From Armatimonadota bacterium (GTDB lineage: Bacteria > Armatimonadota > HRBIN16), in contig OY781964.1 in NCBI GenBank assembly GCA_963677485.1, positions 3,328,001-3,392,000 on the forward strand: DNA of 64,000 nucleotides. The letters run 5' to 3'. The notes below the pieces were generated by a model. The model worked only from the letters and a program-made list of their open reading frames with translations, was not told where the DNA came from and searched no databases. This document shows positions 1 through 9,298 of the stretch, one piece after another (positions within the stretch are counted from its first letter, which is position 1; each line of letters starts with the position of its first letter). The position numbers and the translations under genes were made by a program.

Positions 1-102
1 ATGCGCAGCGGTCGGTTGGTGGACTCGGTTGAGCGCGGGCAATGCGACGAGAAGGGTATTTTGGGATTGGCACTGCCCGTGGCTGAAGAAGCGGCTGTCT
101 GA
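1..102 (+). CDS. araG: 3' end of sugar ABC transporter ATP-binding protein (AraG-like), truncated by window start
   Basis: Frame 1 reads MRSGRLVDSVERGQCDEKGILGLALPVAEEAAV*, resembling the AraG C-terminus ([26 protein letters not shown]); lies directly upstream of araH. Confidence 0.75.
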   Translation: MRSGRLVDSVERGQCDEKGILGLALPVAEEAAV

Positions 103-152
103 ACCACGGATTACACGGATTACACGGATGGCACGGATGGGCACGGATGGGG
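96..152 (+). repeat. 9-10 nt tandem repeat array (CACGGATTA/CACGGATGG family)
   Basis: tgtctgaac-cacggatta-cacggatta-cacggatgg-cacggatggg-cacggatgg; the same 5' leader tgtctgaaccacggattac recurs near 52146. Confidence 0.85.
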
Positions 153-154
153 TA

Positions 155-209
155 AATGCCAATCGGGAGATTGGCGTTCCGGGCGTAGGGGCGATTCGTG
201 AATCGCCCT
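155..209. repeat. Two adjacent REP-like hairpins (gccaatc-ggga-gattggc and GTAG-type gggcgattc-gt-gaatcgccc)
   Basis: Short palindromes visible in sequence; the second is preceded by the GTAG tetranucleotide typical of REP families. Confidence 0.75.
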
Positions 210-262
210 GGGTGGCGGGGCTGAGAAGTAGATAATAAACAAATGAGAAGGGCAATGAACGC

Positions 263-1282
263 ATGAGTGTTACGAATACAACCCAAAAACCAGAAATAAC
301 CCCGGGTAGCCCGGCCTCACCGCAGCCATCCCTCCGGCTGCGCTTGATGGGGCTTCTTGACCGCGCCGGGATGCTACTGGTGTTCATCGTGATGTTCGTG
401 TGCGCCTGCTTCTTTGTGGATGGGTTCAGCTCCGCTTTCAACATGAAAAGTCTGCTGCTGTCGGTGTCGATGGTGGGAATGAGTGCCTGCACGATGCTGT
501 TCTGCCTGGCCTCGGGGGATTTCGACCTGAGCATCGAGGCGGTGGTGGCGATGTCCGGTGTGCTGGCGGCGATGGTGGTTTCCGCGAGCGGCAATGTGAT
601 GCTGGGGATAGTAGCGGGTATCGCTGCGGGCGGCGTGGTCGGACTGTTGAACGGCGTGATCATTGCCAAACTTAAAATCAACGCGCTGATCACCACACTG
701 GCGACCATGCAGATCGTGAAGGGCATCGGATACATCATCTCCGATGGGAAAGCGGTGGGGGTGTCCAACGAGGCCTTCTTCGTGCTGGGCAATGCCAGGC
801 CTCTGGGTGTGCCGCTTCCGGTGTGGATCACGGTCATTTGCTTCATCGTGTTTGGGTTCCTGCTCAACCGCACCATCTACGGTAAGAACACCCTGGCCAT
901 CGGCGGCAACGCGGAGGCCGCACGTCTGGCCGGTGTGGCGGTGGACCGCGTACGCATCTGGATTTTCCTCATCCAGGGTTTGATCGCCGGCTTTGCGGGG
1001 GTGATTCTGGCCTCGCGCATGACCAGCGGGCAGCCGAAGACCTCCGAGGGGTTCGCGCTGGAGGTGATCTCCGCCTGCGTGCTGGGAGGGGTGTCGCTCT
1101 CTGGCGGTGTGGGCACCATCATGGGCGTGATGGTGGGTGTGCTGATCATGGGCACGATGCAGAATGTGATGAACCTGATGAACGTGGAGCCGTTCTACCA
1201 GTATGTCGCCCGCGGCGGCGTGCTTCTCGCGGCCGTGATTTTCGACCTTTACCGCCAGCGCGTCCGCAACGCGCGGCTGTGA
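263..1282 (+). CDS. araH: L-arabinose ABC transporter permease
   Basis: Motifs MLFCLASGDFDLS, IAKLKINALITTLATMQIV, IISDGKAVG, TLAIGGNAEAARLAGV, ASRMTSGQP, VISACVLGGVSL closely match E. coli AraH; multiple TM helices. Confidence 0.9.
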   Translation: MSVTNTTQKPEITPGSPASPQPSLRLRLMGLLDRAGMLLVFIVMFVCACFFVDGFSSAFNMKSLLLSVSMVGMSACTMLFCLASGDFDLSIEAVVAMSGVLAAMVVSASGNVMLGIVAGIAAGGVVGLLNGVIIAKLKINALITTLATMQIVKGIGYIISDGKAVGVSNEAFFVLGNARPLGVPLPVWITVICFIVFGFLLNRTIYGKNTLAIGGNAEAARLAGVAVDRVRIWIFLIQGLIAGFAGVILASRMTSGQPKTSEGFALEVISACVLGGVSLSGGVGTIMGVMVGVLIMGTMQNVMNLMNVEPFYQYVARGGVLLAAVIFDLYRQRVRNARL

Positions 1283-1321
1283 GGGATGAGGGGATTTGGT
1301 GGTGGCGGTGTTCATGTCCAC

Positions 1322-1348
1322 CTCGTCCTACTCGTCATACCCGTCCTA
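1322..1348 (+). repeat. 9-mer tandem array (CTCGTCCTA family), 3 units
   Basis: ctcgtccta ctcgtcata cccgtccta; same unit at 30007, 37041 and (reverse) ~48750. Confidence 0.75.
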
Positions 1349-1485
1349 TCGGTGCTTCACTGCAAAACAAAAAAACTGCATGGATTACCAAATATTGTGT
1401 AAAATCAATTGAGTATTAGCAATGTTTTGGGGTATCCTTATTACACCCTGCTACAACACGACCAACGGTGGAGTAACGACGCAGT

Positions 1486-1824
1486 ATGAAACGGATTCAA
1501 TGCATCATTCGCCCCTTCAAGCTGGATGAAGTGAAGATGGCACTGGGTGAGGCTGGAGTGGTGGGCATGACCGTGACGGATGTGCGCGGATGTGGAAGTC
1601 ATGCCGAGGCACGCGAGAGCTTCCGAGGTGCCGACTACACGGTCTACCTGCCGCCAAAGGTGCAGATCGAAATGGTGGTGCGCGATGAGGATATGGATAT
1701 GGTCATTGACACTGTGTTGCACTTCGCTAGCACGGGCGAACAAGGTGACGGGAAGATATTCATCTGCCCGGTGCTGGATTCTGTGCGCGTGCGGACCGAA
1801 GAGCGTGGAGATATCGTGTTGTAA
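1486..1824 (+). CDS. glnB: P-II family nitrogen regulatory protein with divergent T-loop
   Basis: 112 aa; IIRPFKLDEVK, GMTVTDVRG, RGADY (Y51), PKVQIE (K58), TGEQGDGKIF, RVRT. Confidence 0.9.
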   Translation: MKRIQCIIRPFKLDEVKMALGEAGVVGMTVTDVRGCGSHAEARESFRGADYTVYLPPKVQIEMVVRDEDMDMVIDTVLHFASTGEQGDGKIFICPVLDSVRVRTEERGDIVL

Positions 1825-1846
1825 GCTGTATTCAGGAGGTGCCCGC

Positions 1847-2739
1847 ATGGGGCGTACCGGTCGGCCTTTACATTACTAGAAATTCTGGTTACTGTGGCGA
1901 TTATAGCCATATTAGTTGCCATACTCACACCTGCGCTGCATGAGGCACGGGGTGCCGCTATACGCACCAAGTGCCAAGCCAACCTGCAGCAGATCGGCTG
2001 CGCCTTTGGGATGTATGCGGCGGATTTCGACGACACTCTGCCCACCCCTGGCGGACGCAAGGAGTTCACCACGTCAGGAAGCTGCGAAAGCCCGGAGAAC
2101 GGCTGGGTTCAGTCCGCCGCGCCGGGTCAAAATAAAGACATCGGCGGGATATTCCCCTACGTGCGCTCGCGCACCAACAACCCCACGACAAACCTTTGGA
2201 GCTGCACCTACGCCATACCAGGCAAAGACCACGTGTTCTCCCCTGGCCAAAACTATGTGATGAACGACTATGTTCGCATGGGCCATCCCGGTCAAGCTGT
2301 GACGAGTCCGGGTGCCTGTAAATGCGGTTCGGCAACGATGCCCTGCGCTGGCTATTTTGATGGGGCATCTATGGGCGGTCTACCCAACCCCTCGCAACTG
2401 ATCCTCATATATGAAGCGGCTCAACGAAAAGATGGCTGGGTCGACCGGAACGGCAGTCTCTATTTCAGCGAGGGGGCTGCGTCCGCGCATCCGCCGATGC
2501 CCGCCAACTCACCGACTGTGTACCATCTTGGCCGCAGCAACTGGCTGTTTGTGGATGGTCACGTCAAGACACTGCGCATTGAAGAGACATGGTGCGAAGA
2601 TGGCCGGGGTCAGATGCAGAACATCAGCTACTACAACACCGATCTGGCTGAGGTGCTGGTGAAGCGGCTCAAGGTCACTAATGGTGGTGGTCAGGTGGAC
2701 ATGTGGGACCCGCAACTGCCCGGGGTGGTCTATCCGTGA
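1847..2739 (+). CDS. Prepilin-type N-terminal cleavage / H-X9-DG (DUF1559-like) protein; start codon is one base out of frame with the body
   Basis: In-frame upstream of the called ORF: [28 protein letters not shown], then [21 protein letters not shown] and C-terminal [15 protein letters not shown]; SD aggaggt at 1834-1840 precedes ATG 1847 in another frame. Confidence 0.85.
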
Positions 2740-2780
2740 GGCAATGATGCTGATGAACACATAACCAAACCCAAATCTCC

Positions 2781-2836
2781 TATAATATACTAAACGGCGT
2801 CGGACCAAATCGACCGAACCGTAGGAGGTATACGGC
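2781..2836 (+). promoter_or_regulatory. Putative -10 box and leader/SD of first GH99-like gene
   Basis: TATAAT at 2781, then aaacggcgtcggaccaaatcgaccgaaccgtaggagg; homologous to 5089-5146. Confidence 0.6.
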
Positions 2837-5032
2837 ATGATGTGGAAGAATATGGGGATCTGTCTGCTGGCGGCCGCGACGCTGGCGGCTGCGACGATGG
2901 GTTCGGCGGCGCCAGCGCAGAACCGCAACCGCTGGGATACCTTCAGCGAAACCTGGGTGGCCACCGATGGGCTGAAGCGAGAGCTTCCCACCAGCGCGAC
3001 AGTGGGAGCCCCTCGAGCAAAGAAGCAGATCGCCATTTTCTACTTCCTGTGGTTGGGAGAACATGCTTATAGCGGGCCGCACGATATCTCCAAAATCCTG
3101 AAGCAGGACCCCACGGCTTTGTCCAAGCCTCAAAGTACGCTTTGGGGGCCTGAAGGCGCCTTTCACTTCTGGGCGGAACCCCGGTTTGGCTACTACAATA
3201 CCGATGATTTGTGGGTGATCAAGAAACATGCGCAGATGCTGGCGGACGCCGGTGTGGACCTAATCCTCATGGATAACACCAACAACGTCACGTATACCAA
3301 ATACTACATGGCGGTGCTGAAGGGCTTCAGTGAGGTGCGTGCGATGGGAGGCAAGACGCCGCAGGTGGCTTTCATCTGCCCCTTCGGTGATCCTACCTAT
3401 TCTGTCACCCAGATGTGGGAGAATCTTTACAGCAAGGGGCTATACAAAGACTTGTGGTACCAGCTTGATGGTAAGCCGTTGATTCTAGCCGACCTTGATG
3501 CTGTGAACATCGGCTTCGGCAACGACTCGCGTAACCAGTCTGAGCTGCTCACCTCAGGTATGACTCTGGGCCAGAGTTTCGTCTCGACGGTGCCGTTTGA
3601 GGCGGTTTCCGTATACGCACCCACCTGGGGAACTAAGAAATCGGGTTTCACCATGAAGCTGTTCCGCGGCGCGCAGGTTGGAACACCGCTGGCTCAGCGG
3701 AAATGCACCAATGTGCTCGATAACGAAATGGTACAGTTGCCACTCTCGACGGCACTGCCTGCCGGTGAATACACAGTGCAGATCAGCAATCCGGTGGGCA
3801 CCATCGGCTGGTGGGGCCATACCGATGATGTATACAAAGATGGTCAGGCGTTGATGAACGGAAAGCCCACGACGGGTGACCGTGTGTTTCGCGTGGTGCC
3901 GAAAAGCAGCGATGGGTTGAAAATCCGTAATTTCTTTACGGCTCGAAAGCCGATGCCTGGTTATTTTACTGGGCCTAGCGGTCCTAACCAGTGGGGCTGG
4001 CTGGAGATATCCCCGCAGCACGTGTTCAAGAACGCAAAGGGACAGTCTGAAATGGTGTGTGTGGGCATCGCCCAGAATGCAGCCGATGGGAAGCTGGATG
4101 CGATGACCAACCCGCGCTCACTGGGTCGCAGCTACCAGAAGGGCACCCTGCCTAAAGACGCCAGCAAGGCGGCATATGGTCTGAACTTCACCGAACAATG
4201 GAACCGCGCGTTGAAACTTGACCCGCAGTTTGTGTTTGTGACCGGCTGGAATGAGTGGATAGCCCAGCGGTTTACAACATCGAATGGCACCGTGATGTTC
4301 GTGGACCAGTTTGATATGGAGCACAGCAGGGATATCGAGCCGATGAAAGGCGGGTTCGGCGACGACTATTACTACCAGTTCGTGAACTATGCACGCCAGT
4401 TCAAGGGAGCTCGACCAATCCCAGTGGCGGGTAAAACAAAAGCGATCTCGCTGAAGGCAGGTTTTGCTCAGTGGAACGACGTGAAGCCGGAGTTCCGCGA
4501 TGATATCGGCGATGTGTCCCATAGAGAGCATCCGGGATACGACAAGTTCAAAATATACAAAAATGAGACGGGTCGGAATGACATCGTGACGGCGAAACTG
4601 AGCAGAGATGCGCAAAACCTCAGTTTTTATGTGCGCTGCCAACAACCGATCAGCTCGCCGGTAGGTGCACTCCGATGGATGCAGTTGTACCTTGATGTCG
4701 ACAAAAAGCACACCAACGGCTGGAACGGTTATGACTACCGCCTGAATGGTTTGGTGCTGAATGACGCCGCAGGTCCCTACATCGTTCTGGAGCGCAGTCT
4801 TGGCGGATGGAAATGGAAGGCTGTGTCGAAGGTCAGATTTACTCTGAGCGGCAAGGAGCTGATGGTGCAGATACCCCGCATAGTTCTAGGATTGAGCAGC
4901 TCGGACAAAGATCTGAGCGTCGACTTCAAGTGGGTGGACAACGCACTGAAGACAGGCGACATCCTTGAGCTTCTAGAGGATGGCGATACCGCCCCCAATG
5001 CGCGGTTCAACTACCGCTACCATGTGAAGTAA
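2837..5032 (+). CDS. Secreted GH99/GH71-like glycoside hydrolase (paralog 1) with inserted beta-domain and C-terminal DOMON-like domain
   Basis: Signal peptide; QIAIFYFLW, HAQMLADAGVDLI, FVTGWNEW, FVDQFDMEHSRDIEP motifs. Confidence 0.65.
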   Translation: MMWKNMGICLLAAATLAAATMGSAAPAQNRNRWDTFSETWVATDGLKRELPTSATVGAPRAKKQIAIFYFLWLGEHAYSGPHDISKILKQDPTALSKPQSTLWGPEGAFHFWAEPRFGYYNTDDLWVIKKHAQMLADAGVDLILMDNTNNVTYTKYYMAVLKGFSEVRAMGGKTPQVAFICPFGDPTYSVTQMWENLYSKGLYKDLWYQLDGKPLILADLDAVNIGFGNDSRNQSELLTSGMTLGQSFVSTVPFEAVSVYAPTWGTKKSGFTMKLFRGAQVGTPLAQRKCTNVLDNEMVQLPLSTALPAGEYTVQISNPVGTIGWWGHTDDVYKDGQALMNGKPTTGDRVFRVVPKSSDGLKIRNFFTARKPMPGYFTGPSGPNQWGWLEISPQHVFKNAKGQSEMVCVGIAQNAADGKLDAMTNPRSLGRSYQKGTLPKDASKAAYGLNFTEQWNRALKLDPQFVFVTGWNEWIAQRFTTSNGTVMFVDQFDMEHSRDIEPMKGGFGDDYYYQFVNYARQFKGARPIPVAGKTKAISLKAGFAQWNDVKPEFRDDIGDVSHREHPGYDKFKIYKNETGRNDIVTAKLSRDAQNLSFYVRCQQPISSPVGALRWMQLYLDVDKKHTNGWNGYDYRLNGLVLNDAAGPYIVLERSLGGWKWKAVSKVRFTLSGKELMVQIPRIVLGLSSSDKDLSVDFKWVDNALKTGDILELLEDGDTAPNARFNYRYHVK

Positions 5033-5088
5033 TCAGCTCGTGAAGGGGCATGCCGCACTTTCGCAAAGTGTCAGAGGGCTTGTGCAGT

Positions 5089-5146
5089 TATAATGAATAA
5101 AACGGCTTCGGATCAAATAGACCAAACCGCAGGAGGTTTTCGGCAT
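5089..5146 (+). promoter_or_regulatory. Putative -10 box and leader/SD of second GH99-like gene
   Basis: TATAAT at 5089, aaacggcttcggatcaaatagaccaaaccgcaggagg; duplicate of 2781-2836. Confidence 0.6.
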
Positions 5147-7324
5147 ATGTGGAAGAAAATGGGGATGTGTCTGCTCGCGGCTGTGACGCTGAGTTCCGCA
5201 GCACTGGCACAAAGTGGAGGCACCTGGGACACCTACAGCGACACCTGGGTGGCCACTGATGGCTTGAAACGAGAGCTGCCTAACAGCCCAAAGGCGAGAG
5301 CGCCGCAGGCGAAGAAGCAGATCGCGATGTTCTATTTCCTTTGGATGGACACCCATGCCTATAGCGGCCCGCATGACATCACTCAGATTTTAAAGCAGGA
5401 CCCTCAGGCACGATTCAAGCCAGACAGTCCGTTGTGGGGAAAAGATGGGGCCTTCCACTACTGGGGCGAGCCGCGGTTTGGTTATTACACCGATGATGAT
5501 CTGTGGGTCATCAAGAAACACGCGCAGATGCTCGCTGATGCTGGTGTCGATCTGATCGTGTTCGACACCACCAACAACTGGACCTACAAGCCGTTCTACA
5601 TGGCGCTGCTGCAGGGTTTCTGCGAGGTGCGTGCCAACGGCGGACGAACACCGCAGATCACCTTCCTGTGCCCATTCGGTGACCCCACCGCCTCGGTCAC
5701 CCAAGTCTGGCAGGACCTCTACACCAAGGGGCTATACAAGGATCTGTGGTATAAACTCGACGGCAAGCCGTTGATCCTGGCGGACATGGATGCGCTGGCG
5801 ACCGGTTTTGGCAACAACGCGCAGAACGCCCCGGATTCTCTGAAGCCTGGTATGACGTTGGCACAGAGCTTCACATCAGCTGAACCATTCGTTTCTGTCG
5901 CTGCCCGCACTCCTACCTGGAGCACGAAGGGTTCTGGGTATACCATGAAGCTGTTCAAGGGCGGTGTCAATGGCGAGCTCGTGGCTCAAAAGAAGTTCAC
6001 TAATGTAAGCGATAACGCCATGGTCACCCTTCAAGTCACACCGGCACAGCCGGCCGGTCAGTATACCATTCAGATCAGCAACCCTGTGGGCACCATCGGA
6101 TGGTGGAGCAACACGGATGACGTGTATAAAGACGGCGAGGCGATGACCAATGGCAAGCCAGTGCCGGGCGATCGCGTATTCAGGGTCTCGCCGCAAGATG
6201 ATGAGGCGGTGAGAATTCGCCAGTTCTTCACAGCCCGAAAACCGATGCCCAGTTATTTCGCCGGATCTGACGGCCCGAACCAGTGGGGCTGGCTGGAAAT
6301 CTACCCTCAGCACGTGTTCAAGAACGCCAAGGGCGAGGCGGAGATGATGTGCGTGGGTACCGCTCAAAACGCCGCCGACGGGAAGCTGGACGCCATGTCC
6401 AATCCGCTCTCTCTGGGCCGCAGCTATGTGAAGGGCACCATACCCAAGGACACCAGCAAGACCGCTTACGGGCTCAACTTCGAGGAGCAGTGGGGCCGGG
6501 CGAAGAAGATCGACCCGCAGTTCATCTTCGTGACCGGTTGGAACGAGTGGATCGCCCAACGGTTCAAAACCCCCGAAGGCACCGTGCAGTTCGTGGATCA
6601 ATATGACATCGAGCACAGCCGCGACATCGAGCCGATGAAGAGCGGATTCGGCGACGCCTACTACTACCAGTTCGTCAACTACGCACGGCAGTTCAAAGGG
6701 GCACGTCCCATTCCTGTGGCTGGCAAGTCCAAGACGATATCCTTAAAGTCTGACTTCGCTCAGTGGAGCGACGTCAAGCCGGAGTTCCGTGATGACATCG
6801 GCGATGTTTACCATCGCAACCACCGCGGTTATCACAACTTCACGACGTATATCAATGAGACTGGCCGAAACGACATCGTGGTGGCAAAAGTGAGCCGCGA
6901 CAAGCTCAACCTGAGCTTCTACGTGCGCTGCCAGAATGCGATCACCGACCCCTCTGGTGCCAGCCGATGGATGCAGCTCTATCTGGACATAGATAAGAAA
7001 CACACCAATGGTTGGAATGGCTACGATTACCGCTTGAACGGCTCAGTGCTGAATGATGCGGCCGGCCCCTACATCGTTCTGGAACGGTGCCTGGGCGGTT
7101 GGAAGTGGAAGGTGGTTGCGAAGGTTCGTCTGAGTCTGAGCGGTAGGGAGTTGATGGTGCAGATACCACGCAAGGCGCTGGGACTCAGCAGCTCAGACAA
7201 GGGGTTAAGCATCGATTTCAAGTGGGTGGACAACGCCCTGAAGACGGGCGATATCCTCGAGCTGCTTGAGGATGGCGATACCGCGCCCAACGCACGCTTC
7301 AACTACCGCTACCAGGTTAAGTAG
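5147..7324 (+). CDS. Secreted GH99/GH71-like glycoside hydrolase (paralog 2)
   Basis: Colinear and highly similar to 2837-5032 along its whole length; start placed at MWKKMG after SD aggagg. Confidence 0.65.
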   Translation: MWKKMGMCLLAAVTLSSAALAQSGGTWDTYSDTWVATDGLKRELPNSPKARAPQAKKQIAMFYFLWMDTHAYSGPHDITQILKQDPQARFKPDSPLWGKDGAFHYWGEPRFGYYTDDDLWVIKKHAQMLADAGVDLIVFDTTNNWTYKPFYMALLQGFCEVRANGGRTPQITFLCPFGDPTASVTQVWQDLYTKGLYKDLWYKLDGKPLILADMDALATGFGNNAQNAPDSLKPGMTLAQSFTSAEPFVSVAARTPTWSTKGSGYTMKLFKGGVNGELVAQKKFTNVSDNAMVTLQVTPAQPAGQYTIQISNPVGTIGWWSNTDDVYKDGEAMTNGKPVPGDRVFRVSPQDDEAVRIRQFFTARKPMPSYFAGSDGPNQWGWLEIYPQHVFKNAKGEAEMMCVGTAQNAADGKLDAMSNPLSLGRSYVKGTIPKDTSKTAYGLNFEEQWGRAKKIDPQFIFVTGWNEWIAQRFKTPEGTVQFVDQYDIEHSRDIEPMKSGFGDAYYYQFVNYARQFKGARPIPVAGKSKTISLKSDFAQWSDVKPEFRDDIGDVYHRNHRGYHNFTTYINETGRNDIVVAKVSRDKLNLSFYVRCQNAITDPSGASRWMQLYLDIDKKHTNGWNGYDYRLNGSVLNDAAGPYIVLERCLGGWKWKVVAKVRLSLSGRELMVQIPRKALGLSSSDKGLSIDFKWVDNALKTGDILELLEDGDTAPNARFNYRYQVK

Positions 7325-7336
7325 ACAGCAAACCTC

Positions 7337-7360
7337 GGGGGCACCGCGTGCGGTGCCCCC
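7337..7360. terminator. GC-rich hairpin between convergent genes (terminator or REP)
   Basis: gggggcaccgc-gt-gcggtgccccc. Confidence 0.6.
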
Positions 7361-7390
7361 ATGCTCATATACGCTCGCTGCCGTTTGTAG

Positions 7391-8737
7391 TTATAGTCCA
7401 GCAGCCCCTCCGGGTACCAGCACAGCTCTGAAGTTTTTGCCGACCTCGACCGTGGCACTATAACTGCCCGCTGTGGTAGCTCGGTAATAACAAAAGCCCC
7501 AAGCACGGCATTTCGCTGGTACACTACTGTCCATAGAAGTCATCCCGAGTGCTGGCAGGGTTGATCCATTTGGCATGACACCACGGGTCGGTATAGTGGT
7601 TATTTTGTAACGCGGGTCGGTCGTCTTGTCGGTTAGCAGCAGCGCCACTGACCAGTCGACCAGGAGCTGTTCGGCAGTATATCCCGTTACCTTTTTAAGG
7701 TTGTCATCATTGATATAAGGTGAGGTGCCACCGATCTGCTTAGTTGCCTCAGGTCCAAACCGGTCGTTCAGGTATGCACAAAATGGGAACCCGCCGCCAT
7801 ACATGAACTGGCTGTTTGTGAGAATATAGGAAAATCCATTCGGGTAACGAAGGAAATTCGAGTAGAGGGCTGAGGAAAAGTGATCAGGGGCTGTTTTGAA
7901 CCACGCAAATTCTGACATGCCTTCATTAATCGTTTTGTATCCGCCATTACCTTTGCCTTGCCACCAGATGCTGTGGTGAAGCTCGTGTGCGAATAACCCC
8001 GCCATCATCTCATTATTGTTCATTGAAGCCGAAGTAAGGTCTATTGTGATCATATCGACCCCGTTTAAGGAACTAATGTCGGGAGAGAATATCCCAGAAT
8101 CGGTGATTGACATGCCAAGCACGTATATCTTTGGATCATGATCAATGTCACTAGTAGGGCCGAAGAGCGCCACATCAAGCTCGTAGACACGATCGAACTC
8201 TGTCACAGCGTACTCAATTTCATCATCCGGAATCATCGAACTGATCTCAGCAGGTATCCATATGTAACAATGCGTACCTATGGCCCGCAACTCCATGTTG
8301 AACTCGGTGGCTGGGTTACCCACTTTGAAGAGGTGGGTATCGCCCACCTCTGGCATATAAACTCTCGTGGATCGTGTTGCCGGGGTGGTTTTGCTGATTT
8401 GGCTCATAAGATTGCCCGTAATCGCATGATCATCTTCCGACGGTACAGAGCAGCTGGTCCGGTTTTGGGTGCCGACTTGAGCCACTGTGATTGGCTCATA
8501 TGGTGGCTGGGTATCCATCTCAGGCCACGGTGCAGGATCACCAGTGCGGTATACCACCAGCACATCATCGGGATGTACGTCGAAGCGTGCCACGCCAAGT
8601 GCATCAAACAGAACCGGGCGATATGGCAGGTTCTGATCAGATGTCGAATCTGAGTTCCCTCCGCAACCCGTAAAGCCAATGGCTACTGCAAGAATTGCCA
8701 GTATGGAGGTAAAGCGATATTTCCGATTAATAGACAT
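7391..8737 (-). CDS. Lipoprotein zinc metallopeptidase (M30/hyicolysin-like)
   Basis: Lipobox IGFTG-C; FGPTSDIDHDPKIYVL; AHELHH plus downstream INEGMSE (HExxH...E gluzincin pattern). Confidence 0.7.
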   Translation of the reverse strand: MSINRKYRFTSILAILAVAIGFTGCGGNSDSTSDQNLPYRPVLFDALGVARFDVHPDDVLVVYRTGDPAPWPEMDTQPPYEPITVAQVGTQNRTSCSVPSEDDHAITGNLMSQISKTTPATRSTRVYMPEVGDTHLFKVGNPATEFNMELRAIGTHCYIWIPAEISSMIPDDEIEYAVTEFDRVYELDVALFGPTSDIDHDPKIYVLGMSITDSGIFSPDISSLNGVDMITIDLTSASMNNNEMMAGLFAHELHHSIWWQGKGNGGYKTINEGMSEFAWFKTAPDHFSSALYSNFLRYPNGFSYILTNSQFMYGGGFPFCAYLNDRFGPEATKQIGGTSPYINDDNLKKVTGYTAEQLLVDWSVALLLTDKTTDPRYKITTIPTRGVMPNGSTLPALGMTSMDSSVPAKCRAWGFCYYRATTAGSYSATVEVGKNFRAVLVPGGAAGL

Positions 8738-9298
8738 AGAAACCTCCGATATATAACATAAGATCGTGTGATCTTTATGGAGTATTGCATATTTACACCG
8801 TCGCTGTCACTCAATATATGACTCCGAAAGATCATCGAGCTGTCGGGACACAGATAGCCACATCAAGCTGTCACTGCTTCGGCTCCTTCACAGATCGGCA
8901 CGTGAGCGGGCACACTTGAGATGGCCGCATCGATTTTGAGCGCTGCCGGTAACGGGGATGATAGGGACACGAACTCATTTATTAGTTCGGTCATGACTAG
9001 CACTCGGGTGAAGTATTTCCGAATCATGATAAGAAACCTCCAGCCATTCAATAGACAGAAAATGGCCCTGTATAAATCGTGATATGAGTGTGACTGCCTT
9101 CCGTAACAGATTGGTGTCTTATATGATACCTTGACAGGCGGAGTTATTGTGTATAGTTACTGGTAAATTTGCCATGAAGTGTACTAAATCATTCATATAT
9201 CGCCATGATCAGCCTATATGATGCTTACAGATACACTGGAAGTAATCACACTATTGTGCTATATTGTTGGCAATACAAACCCAAATCGGAGGCAACCA

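Noticed and set aside
374-1321. Long antisense ORFs (also 25251-26057, 37127-37888, 42289-43074 and others)
   Set aside because: Shadow frames of well-supported genes on the opposite strand, common in GC-rich DNA
8863-9051. 62-aa minus-strand ORF in the intergenic region
   Set aside because: No recognisable motif or clear SD; cannot be supported
9131-9160. TTGACA...TATAGT promoter
   Set aside because: The spacer is only 15 bp, so it was not called
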